From: Candidatus Omnitrophota bacterium
GTDB taxonomy: Bacteria > Omnitrophota > Gorgyraeia > Duberdicusellales > 4484-171
DNA length: 64,000 bases
NCBI GenBank assembly: GCA_021735655.1
Contig: JAIPGM010000001.1
Span: forward strand, 160,001 to 224,000
Direction: 5' to 3'
In this document: positions 13,001 to 25,000 of the stretch, in pieces
Position numbering within the stretch: position 1 is the stretch's first letter
Layout of the letters: each line of letters begins with the position of its first letter
The notes under the pieces: model-generated
Told to the model about the DNA's origin: nothing
Databases searched by the model: none
The model's input: only the letters and a program-made list of their open reading frames with translations
Translations under genes and position numbers: made by a program

Positions 13001-16000
13001 CGCATTTTGAAAATCTTCTGGAGTGGGCCGAAGGCAGTGAATTCTCTTGGTCAGACTATGGAGATATTGAAGTGTTATTTGCTCAAAGTAGTTATCACTG
13101 GTCAAGGTCACTGATTAATGCCCGTCGGATATTAATGTCTTATTTGGAAACTAGTATTAGCTGGAATGTAAATTTATTAAAAAAACTGGGAATAATCGAA
13201 ACCGAAGCAGAATTTATCAGCGAATACCTAGCTGGCTTTGTTGCTTATGCTGAAACTTTAGACTGGATAACTCCTGAGGCAATCGAACGTTTAGCCCGAG
13301 TCCGCTCGCCTAAGGAGTTTGTTGACGTAATGATTTTTGAAGTATTCGCTTTAAATGCTTACAACGTGTTTAAAAAACAAACTTATGAAACTATAGTTGA
13401 AGTTAATCAGAATAATTTAGTAGAAGAACTTTTAAGCTCGGCTTTAACTATTGCCCAGCGGCAAGAGAAAGCTCAACTTGTTGCTGAGTTAAGTGGACAT
13501 ATTGAAGCAGCTAAACAAGGAGAGGCTTTTTTAGGTTGTCGAATAAAAAAATCTCAAGCTAATCAAGGGGTGCTTACGCCGGTAGCTCAGCCGGTTAAAA
13601 ATAGTTCTTGGGCTAATCCCTTTTTTGATCAATTCGCTTATGATTTATGGCATGCGCTACTTTTTGATGATCATAACCTTTATGATTATGTTCAGGCTAA
13701 ATGGGATTATACTGTTGGTGAAGAAGGGGCTTTTAACGTGGCCGGATTTTATCTGCTTGATGCTCATTATCTTGGGTTGTTGCGTTCGCGCACCAGCATG
13801 CATAATATACCGGAAAAATTATATATGTGTTCAGCTGGATATGAAATGACTGCTAATATCAACAAATTATTGACTGCGATTAATCGAGTTAGTTTGTGCC
13901 CTCAGGAAAATACCTTGGTGCGTTCAACCGTACGTAACACCTTACAACATGCGATTTCCCAGCGCCTAAGTAAGTGGCGCCTGGCTCGGGCTTTAATATT
14001 AGTCGTTGAATCTAACGGCGAAGTTCTTGCCGGAGACGACAGCACTTATGTTTATATTATGGATTCTGGTCCGGGCATGCCGATTGATGCGGTAATGCAA
14101 GGCGATTGGCGAAGACATAGTACGATGTTTGGTACGGATTTAAAAGGTTTTCGTGAATATAGGGACGTTGAATGGATTCTTGATTCTTGGTCAAGCAAAG
14201 CCGGCGGACCGCAACGTTGGGATGGTCTAAGAGGGGGGCTGGTTGAGGGAGCTTTAGTACCGGACAACATGCCTTTATTTGGTACTTTATTCGGTATGCG
14301 GCTTAAGCATGGCTTAGAATCGAGTAGCAAACCTTTAGACAACGGTAGAGATTCTCGGTCAAAAGGACAAAATCTTGGTAGTTTAGGAACGGCTAATAAG
14401 GCCCCTCCGGTAAAAACTTACAATGTCGAGAGTCCTTTTAATCGGTTTTCGCTGCGCCTTTTAGATTTAATTCTAACCTTATCTTTCTTGCCTCTGATTA
14501 TTCTAGCTAGCCTACCCATAGCTATATTTGTTAAATATCAGATTTTTAAACACAAGACTGGACAGTCAGTTATTTTTAAAGAGCAGAGATTCGGCTATAA
14601 GGGTAAACCGTTTATCATGTATAAATTTCGTACTTATATCGGCGATAAAGATAATCCTAAGGCAGTTTTACTGAGCTTGCGTTGTTTGGGGCTAGATGAG
14701 TTACCGCAGTGGTGGAATATCTTAAAGGGCGATCTTTCAATTTGGGGAGTGCGCCCTAAGTTACAAGATGATCCCAGCTCTGACAGTGATTTCCAAGCAC
14801 ACCTGGATCAGATCAATGATTTACGCAAGCCGGGAATAATTAGTTTAGCTACGGCTGATGTGCACGCTGAGATGGAGCATGTTTCTTTTTCAGCCGAGCA
14901 TCGCGATCGTCAGATCGCCTTTGATCTTTATGAAGCAGAGTATTGGTCATTCTTTTTAGCTTTTAAAATTGTTGTTTTGAATATCTTTGCTCAATTTAAA
15001 GAAGCAGCCAGGATTGTATTCCGAAATAAAATTTTAGTTATTGTTGCCGTGCATATTCCGCAAGCCGAGCAGCCAAAAGCCGGCCCAATTTTAAATATTT
15101 TAGAATACTTAAGCCAAAGATTCCCTTCGAAATATTATAGTGTCTTTGTTGGTTTTCCGGATTCAGGAAATCCCAATTTAAATTTAGATTTAGCTATTCC
15201 TCAAGGCTTAACCATTGGCTTAGGTGAAGGCGATGAATACAACATAGTTAATTCTCAAGGCCTTAAACTTAAATTTAGCTGGCAGTTTGAGGGGCCAGAC
15301 GATTTAAGCCAAAGAACTTTAAAAATTGGACGCCACAAGTTATTAATGCCATTGTGCGCTGAAAGTTCTCTTCCGGTATTTTCCGGAGCTAAGAAAAAAA
15401 TTCCCCATAAGGCTATCTTCATTCCCTTTATTGCTTTTCGTCCATGTATTGTTACCTGTATGAATGATTTAATATTTCTCAATCTTCCGATAATTGGATT
15501 AGATACCGCTAATGGCATATTTTTGTTTGTTCCCGGCTCAACCCAGATTGATATAGTCGGTACAAACAAGCTTCTGGCCGTAGCAATTAATCATTCCGGC
15601 AGGGTGATGGGCAGTTCATTTAAAGATTTGGACCAAGTCGTTCCTTTAGATAATGGACGTCAAACCATTTCCCACTTCCGAAGTGGGGAAGGTCAGAGCC
15701 GGACCGGCCCGACATCCCGTAATTTCCCCCTGGATAACGGCGGCCGGAATAATGAAGCTATCGAAAACAATCGGTTTTCATTCGCTAATCGTCTAGGAAA
15801 AGTTTTAGTTGCTACTGTTATCGGTGGAATTTCTTTAGGGTTATTGTATTTATTCGGCGGCCTTGATTGGTATACAAATATAAAAAATAGTATTCCTTTA
15901 GGGGCAGTGATTTTCTGGCCGGGGGCTTTCCTGGATATGGTTACCGGTGTTTTGATCTGGTTAATTTCCGATATCGTCGGTCAATATCTTAATCAGGGTA

Positions 16001-19000
16001 GAAGCATTCGCTATCGGCAAAGTTTTAAAGTTGGTGCTTGGGGAGTATTTCAAGGGTTGGCTACTCACATTTTGTATAATTTAGTTGAACTGCTTCCGGT
16101 TGTGCCTTTACCTTTAGCGCAAGCAATGTTTCGAACTATTTTTACTCTTTTTGGCGGACTGACTATTAACATTTTCTATACCGTGGTTGTAGCCCGGGCT
16201 CGTAAAGCATCTAAGGCTGAAGGTTATAGCGGCCTAAAGGAGCGCCACAAGGCTTATGATGTTATTTTTAGTAAGTTTATCGTCGCCCCAATCAAAACTT
16301 ATTTTATAGTTAATCTATTACCTCCGGCAACGCGGGTTATTAGCGAGCAGGCTTGGGAATACTTAATGAAAGTTTTTGATGCTTATTTGATGAACCGTAA
16401 AGATTCACTTTTTTCTAGTTATATTCTAAATTTATTATCTAGAAAAAAACCTTTAGATAACGGCCGCTCCGGGCAGTCGGATGATCAAATAACTTTGGTT
16501 TCTGATAATCTGGTTGACTCATTTAGAAATGTTAGACAAAGGCTGGTAGTAACTGTTAGGCGCGCACAGATGTCTAGATTGGATTTTAAGCCGGGGATAG
16601 TGTCACTTCAGAATATGAGCCCAAAGGTAGATTATTTCTGCCTTTCTTCAATATCTGAACGCCAAGAAGATATCCAAGCCTATAGGCAAGTTCCTTTAGT
16701 ACAGGATGGTGCTAGTTTTGGAGAAAGTTACAGTGAAAAATATCTTATTGCTCAGGAACCGGATACCTTAGTTTTAGTTGAGGGTGATGAAGGGTTGATT
16801 GCCAGTTTTGATTATTCGCTTTGTGGTTGTCTAGTCATTCGGGCTAGAAATCTTTTTGGCATGGCCCACTTAAGTCCATTTATAGATTTTTCGGATGAAG
16901 AGATGGAAATTGAAAATGATCGGATTTATTATAAATATTTATCAGTTTTAGATTATTTCAAATTACAGGGATATAAAGATGTTCAAATTTTTCTCAGTTT
17001 GAATGAGCTGCTTCAGGGATTTAAAACTTTAAAAGCTAGGCTTTGGTCGGCTGGTGATAGCGATGCGACTAATCGTCAGAGAGTGGTAGATCTTCTTGGG
17101 ATTGAGGCTAGGCAACGCGGCATAGCTGTTGTTGATCGCCGCCTTCGACAAAAGTCTGAGGTTCTAGATGTCCTGGGTTTTCCGAGAAAAATGATTAGCC
17201 GTCAATGGCTTAATCGCGGCACAAAACCCGAAAGTTTTGAAATAATATTTATTGAGACTAGAGATGAGTTGCCAGTAGCCATAAACTCAGAGACTCAACA
17301 ACCCGAGATTGAATACTTTCAATTCGCTTGGCCTGTTGTGATACCTCTCGATAATGGCCGCCGGAAACTACCAAATGATGACTGGATTTGGGTTAATGGA
17401 GAGAGTTTGCAATTTGTTGGCCGGGACGGTTTATTGATAACAGGAATGGAGGGCCGGGGTAAAAGTTTTTTGGCCAGAAAAATATACGATAGCGATGATA
17501 GATGGAAAGTCGTATCCTGCGGAGCTACTCATGTATGTATAAGGAATGAATTAGCAGAAAGAGCGCTTTTAGGCAGACGTTTATCCGAAAATAATCTTTT
17601 ATATTCCCGGCTGTCAGGAACAATCCCGGTAGAACTATCGTTAGATGTAGTTGTTAGGTTGAACTGGGTTATGGCCTTAGACGATCTATACCGAGAAATT
17701 TTAGGGGGATTGTTGGCCGATGCCGGGCAAAGAGAGTCTTTGGGCCTCAAAATTATAGATATGAGCGATCTAGACGTAACTCGGCAATGGCCGAAAGTGT
17801 TGAAGTTCATCAATGCGTCTATTGTGAAACCAGAGACTTACGATAAAGGAAATAGTTTATTTCAAGTCCCTCTTGATAATGGTAGACGAGCTCAAGTTGA
17901 ACAGGAACGGGAATTTTTGATCCAGACAATCATAAATGTTTTTAGCCAAGGTGAAGGATTATGCCTGGAGCCGGCGCAGATAGAGGCAGCTATTGCTGTA
18001 GATACATCATTTGATGAATACAGGATAGCTAGAAACTTGCCGATAGTTATTGGCCTAAAGGGTAATATTTATGAAAATTGTCCTTTGGCTAGCAAGCCTC
18101 TTCTTCTTGTGTTTACCGGCAGAGGAAGCATAACTAAACCAGAGCTTATCTTCAATGCCTACACCCAGCAAGGTTTAGTCAGAGAAGCAAGCCGTTTAAG
18201 TCGTTCGATGGAAACTAAAAATGCAATTTGGGAGATACCTTATCATGGCAAGAAGACGGCTTTCATATTGGAAGATAAAAATAACTGGATTGCTTTGGCG
18301 GCAGTTTATGGTCCTGAAGATATTTACCAACAAGGACTATTGATCTGTAAGGGTGGAGATAGGATAACCAGGTTAGGTACAGAAATTTCTCAAGCCGCTG
18401 GTGAGGCAGATGAGGAAGCTATATTTTCTGATTATTCCCGGGCCTTAGTGGTTGCTCGTCTTTTAGGATTTTCTATCCTTGATGGTCCAGATATGATGCG
18501 CCGGGTTAACCGGCGGATGAGCGCTATGATCGCGGCAGCAAAAGAGACTGTGGCCGATATCAATGAGTTTGCTAAGGCATACCCTGGTTATGAGGCTGTT
18601 GATACACATCACATACTTAAACCTACTACCAGTAATCCGGTGGAAGAGGGAGGTTTCCCGCACACTGAATGGATGGTGACTAGTCGAGGGGTTGTTCAGG
18701 GGACGGTTACTGCTTTGCGTTGGCTTAGACAGGTTCTTGACGTTGGAGAGAATAGGTACCCTGAGGAAGTGGTAAGATTTGTTAAAAATTTGAATATATT
18801 TGGAAGTCCGATGAGCTATATTGTCCAAGGCTTTGGTGATGTTGGCAGCGGCATCACTAAGCTTTTTTTGACTATTTTTAAGATTTTTGGGTTTCAGGCC
18901 AGGGGTTTTAATAACCGTTACTTTGCAATTTATCGCCGCGAAGGATTACCTAAACCATTTTTAGTTGAGGCGCGGGAGATCGTTGAAGTTTCTCCTGATG

Positions 19001-22000
19001 CTTTAGATCTAGGGAGATTACTGGCAATGAAGAGTTTTGATGACCAATTACAGGGGGCGGTGGTTTGGATAGCTAATCCAATTAACCCGAAAACTAAAGA
19101 GCCAGTATTTGGTCCTGCTGATGTGGACAGAGTAAATCAAGCTCTTGCTGAAAGAGGTGTTACTGCTATTTGGGGTGATCAGACAGTAGTAAATGAACTA
19201 ATTTATCAAAAGGCAACCGTGCTTTTTCTGGCTGCAACCGCTAATGTTATTAGTGAACTTTCTCAGGTTGAAAGATTGCAGGTTAAGATTATTTCTGAGG
19301 GAGCTAATAATGCAGTTAAACCTGAGTTAAGAGAGCCTTTAAGAAAAGCTAATGTATTTTATATTCCTGGTGAGCTTCTTAACGGCGGGGGCATATATGC
19401 TTCTAAGGAAGATATTCGGCATAACCATACCGATGGATCAGAATTAATAAGGCAACATCGGCAATACTATTATATACATGTAACTGATGAGATCGACACA
19501 TTGGCTCTTCACCGAATGATTTCTTTCCTTGAGATTTGGGCTGAGTCAGCAGGAAATTTTTCTTTTGATTTAACCGTCCATGTAGAAAAAGTTGCCGGCC
19601 GGATTTTTGAAGCAGCTGATAATTTGGTAAGAACCAATAATACACGTTTGAGAAAATTTACCCAAATTGATCAAAAGAGAACCTTTGATCATCAAGCCGG
19701 CCGGCCGACTTTGCCTTGGCGTCATAGTCTTTATGAAATTGCCATTGAAATGGCACCAATGGGAATACTTTATCATTTGCGGGATGTCGGTAGACACTTA
19801 TCTTTACTTAATAGATTTAAGGTTGCAATAAAGGAAGATGGTCAGATAGATAATTATCATATATGTCGTCTGCGTTTTGCTTTATTTGAGTTGACCAAGC
19901 TAGGCTATTATTTAAAAAGTAACCAGCGCAGAAGGTTAATCGGCCTTCTTCCTGGAATAATTACCGATGAAAAGTGTGATGGCCTATTAAGGAAAGATGC
20001 CATGTTTTGTTTGGCAATGGCAATTAGGTGGCAGGAAGAAGAATCCTGTAAATCTGAGGTAGATCGGGCAAGAAAATTATATTTAGGCATATTACAAAAT
20101 CCCCTTGAAAGTGCTCAGCTGCATACCTGGGCTCAGCATTGTCTCTATAGGATTTTCGGAGAAAATTACTTCCGGCGGATAAGCGCTGATTTTGATCGCT
20201 TAAACGGAGTTAACTTACCCAAGCCGCTTGATAACGGTCGGGATAGTTCGGTCGGGATTACCTCAGAACCGTTAAGAATTTTAGCCGAGCTAATTTCGAA
20301 TAGTTATCGGACTAAGGCTTTAGTAGAATTTTTGCAGCCTTTCTTAGATTGTGAATCTGTTAATTATTTACAAGAAGAGATAGCAAAGCATTGCCAGCTA
20401 CCGGCCTGGGGTGTTGTTTCTTCTAGCCATTATCTTGATGAAGGGTATTTCTATTATGGTTTAAAATCCGGTATTGATCGCTGTCTCGAAAGAGGAGTTA
20501 TGGTTGAGAATGACGGTAACAGATTATACGTTACTAAAGATTCAGAGGATACCGTAAAATATAGCGGCCTTGACGAAACTCAAGAAAACCAGTGGGGAAT
20601 TTTTATTTTTCCAAGCGAGTATTTCAATCAGGCTATCAATTGCGGTTATGCCGAGGCCGGCTTAAGGCTTTCACATAACCGCTTAGGCATAACTACTTAT
20701 CCATACTTCAAAAGTTCTTTATCGCTTGCGCCGGCACGCTTTCTGATAATTGATAGATCTAAGGCAGATGAACATAGGCACCTGGAAGGCCAGCCGAAGC
20801 TAAAAGATAAACTTCAAGCCTTGACCGAAGCAGGATTGAAGGTTCTATGGTTGCCGGATTCTTCCGGCCCATTCTTTGACCCTGATTTCCAATATGCTTT
20901 CGGGGAGTTGTTGTTTAGTAATGATATTCCGGAAACCAATCGCTTTCTTTTTTATCCGTCCGCAGATACTCAAGATCTTACAAAAATCATCTGGTGGGTT
21001 TTACAGTCGTTAAGAATGAGTAGTATAAAAAATCGGCTATTACATAATATGGAGTTAGCTCGGCAATTTAAAAAAATCGGCCCCTTTGATAATGGGCGAG
21101 CTGATTTTACAACAGCAGACGAACAGATCGGTAATCTTTTTGCTGAGGCAGTTATTACAGGAGATAATGTTTTAATTGAGACTCATTGGGATGCTGTAGC
21201 GGCTAAGAGAGGCGGCAGTTTGAATATTTTAGAACATGCTGGCTTAAGGATTACAAGAAGTTTAGCTTTAGGAATTGTACCGCGGGCTGGTGAATGGCCG
21301 GATAGGGTTGAAACCGATCAAATCATTCTGAGTTCATCTCGCTATGGTTGGATCGATTCTGAAAGAGATATTGAGCATTTGTTAAGCGGCTTTGATCAAG
21401 CCAGATTGCTTAATTCGTTTAATCTTGGCCATTATTATCAGGGTTGTCACTATCGAAGTTTCCTAAGCTGGCTAGCGGTTTTAAAGAGTAGTCATTTCCC
21501 GGCAGTTATTTTTCATTTCATAGGTGAGCTAATTAATTCTTGGGGTATTAAGCCAGCTGCTAAGAGTGATTTTCCAGTTTTGGCCAGTCGAAGGGATATC
21601 TTTTCTTTCGTTAGCGTGCCTTATGTTTCAGATATAGAAAAATTAGATTTGCCAGTTGCAGTGTTTTTTGATGGTAAGCTTAGTTCGCTTAGGCGTGGCG
21701 ATAGCCGGAAACAGCCAACTTTAATATTAGCTTATTGGCAAGCTTTGAATGGTTTTATTGGTTTTAAAGAACAGATAGCTAGGGAAACAGCAGAATTTCA
21801 GAATACCCCTTTAGATAATGGCCGCAAAGAGCATGACATCTCTGATAGTACGGTAATCCAATGGCCGCTTAATGTAATTGTTAAAGATATGCGCGGTTTA
21901 TCCAAAGGCGAGATATTAGCTGTTGTTAAAACCGGTAAAATATTTTGGGGAAGGGAAATAGTAGGAGCTATTTTTTCTGACCGCAATATTGTTTTTGGTA

Positions 22001-25000
22001 AAGTGGTCGATGATAAGTTTATAGTATTTGATGATTGGTTAATTGAAAGAATTCCTGGAGGATTGTTAGAGGGGTTGCGGAGAAGCATTTTATTTTTGCC
22101 TTATTTAGGAAGTATTTTAAGAAACAAGACATCGTCAATAAATAAACCCCTGGATAATGGCAAGAAATATAATTATCGGCAAGTCCTAGAGATGGTTGAC
22201 TGTTTTGATAGTGCAAGGTTAGAGGCTCACTTATTTAGAGCTCTTGGCAGAGTTGAGACTGAAGCCGTATCTATAGCTGGTGATATTATTAGGGCGGCTA
22301 GAAAATTTGAACGGATAACTAAAGCAGTAAAATCTCTTTATAGGAAAACTTACGGCAAGCTACCTAATTTTACTCTTGCTTTCGATCCTTCCGGTCAAGG
22401 TATGTATGGGGCGTATCAGGAGGATGATACAGCCGGATTTTTTGATCATATTGGCGTAGCTCCAGAAGATGTGCTGCTTGAGGTAGGCAGCGGCGATGGA
22501 AGCATTTCGGATTTCATGGCCCATATGTTTGGGATTAAGGCAACTGGGATTGAGGTTTGGGAGCCATATTATCATTACGCAGTTTTCTTAAGAGATGAAG
22601 CAGTAAGAAGAAGATTCATTCCAGAAGGTAAAGTAGATTTTTTAAATAATAATTTAGTAGATGTTGATTTTTCAAAGTATTCTTTAGTGTACTACGCTGC
22701 TCTTGGCACAAGAAGAAAAAGTGAGCTGGCTGCTAGATTGCTTGGGGTAAGAGAAAAATCCAGGATATTAATTCGGGGTTCACCTGATGAGTTAGTGGAA
22801 GGGATTATCGCATCACATCCTGATTTTAGCTTAAGGAAGCTTGAGATAGAAGTTAATGAAAACCTTACTGGAATTAAGGCAAGGGTTTATACTCGAGAGA
22901 CAATTACCAGTTACCAGCCGGTTCTCGACGTTCCTCTAGATAATGGCCGAAAAAATAACCCTCAGATGGTCAGAGCGCGCTTAGCCGCATTTGAAAAATC
23001 AATCGAGGGCATCGTGCCTAGGGCAGATCCGCTTTATGACCATTTAATTCGTTTTTATCAATATCCTTTGAATAATTTGGGTGAACCTGACGAAGAGACC
23101 TATGTAAGGAATAATACCAAGGAGCAGGAGCGGGAGCTTCTTAGATTCTGGGCCGGCCATTTCGGCCTTCCTAAAAATTACGGCGGTCATGTGACTATCG
23201 GAATCGGTCAGGCTGAATATTATGCCATGTACGTGGCTAGCAATCGATTTCCCAAGGCTATATTTTATATTTCTAATCAGGTCGATAGCCTTCTTTATGA
23301 TACTTTACAGGTGTTGGGCATTGATCAAGGAAGAATAAAGTTAATTAGGTCTTTAGAGAATGGCGAGATCGACTATGGTGATTTAAAGAGAAAGATTAGG
23401 GAGAATTCATCATGGCCGGCGGTGGTCTGCTTGACTGCTGGCAGATTCCTGGGGGCGGTTGATGATTTAGGAAAAGTGGAAGGAATTTTAGGGAGCCTGG
23501 GCCTAAAGCATAAACATATTCATTGCAGCATGTCACCGTTAAGTATAGGCCAGTCGTTTTTGGAAGATGCGGCAAAGATAGATTTTCAACATGGCTTAGA
23601 TAGCATGAGTCTACCGTTGTATCATTTTGTAAGGTGTCCGATGCCAGGAGTCATCGTTCTTACCAGAAGGAAATACCTTCAGAACATTGCTTGTAGTCAA
23701 AAAGCAGCTGAGTATGTTAACTCTAACGACACCACTAATTCTGGATCACGTAGTGGTCATGCTCCGCTTTATCTTTGGTTTGCTACAAAAGTTATTGGGA
23801 CTAAAGGATTTAAGGCTCAGGCTGAGCGGGCCAGGGAAGTTTGTGTTTCTATTAAAGCTCTATTTGACCGTTACGGTTATCCTTGCCGGTTCACCGCGCA
23901 AAAAAATACAATAATCTTTGAGCCACCATTTTATGAGTTGCGTCAAAAATGGGGCTTATTATCACACGGGCAATGGTCCTGTTTTGAGATTGTACCTTAT
24001 TTGACCCCGGTTGAGATAGCCGAATTTGTAAGTGATCTTTTAGGTGATCATTCTCAAGCGGTAGCCGCCCCGGTAGAAACCGTATTTCCGGAACGGATTG
24101 TCTATGAACCGTCTCCGGAAGTCTTAGATGTTTTGGATCAATTAGAAGCAAGGATCCAAATTTTGATGGAAAGATTTTTAGGATTTCCGGCAAATATCGC
24201 CGGCAATGAGACATCTTTTGCTGCCTTGAGCAGCTTGTTTAAATACACCTTGAGAAAAAAGGATGTGGAAGGTTTTCGACACGAAGCCTTGAAATTTTTT
24301 ACTGATCTTTACGGTTTAAGGTACGAAGATTTTTACTGCGGCATAACTGCTGGAGGAACCTGGGGAAATCGGGTTGGCCTATTAGTTGGCCGGGAAAATT
24401 TTCCCGGCGGGATACTTTATTACAGTCAGGATTCGCACTACTCGATTGATAAAGTGGCCAGGAGCCTTAACATGGAAGTAAGAAAGGTCGCCTCTTTGTC
24501 TAACGGCCAAATTGATTATGATGAATTAGCCGAAGCCATAGAGGAAAATCGTGGCCGCCCGGTAATTGTAAATCTTAACATCGGCACAACTATGAAAGGC
24601 GCTATCGATAATCCCCAAAGAGTTATTGAAATATTAAGAGAACAGGATGTTACTGATTACTATATCCATTGTGATGCCGCGCTTTTTGGTATGATTTTAC
24701 CGTTTCTCGAGGCTGCGCCAAAAATTGATCTGGCTAACGGCGTCCATAGTATTGCCATATCCGGACATAAATTTCTCGGCCTACCGATGCCTTCGGGCAT
24801 ATTCATGGTTCGGAAAAATTGTGCTAGGGATAGATTGATAACTATTTCGGATCGATTATTGACTGCCCAAACTGGCCATGTCATTTTGTATTTTTGGCAG
24901 GCTGTTGCTAGCCGAGGGTATGAGGGTTGCAGAGAAGAAGCTATGGCTTGTGTGGATAATGCCCAATATCTTTATTACAGATTACAGGAAAGGGGATTGC

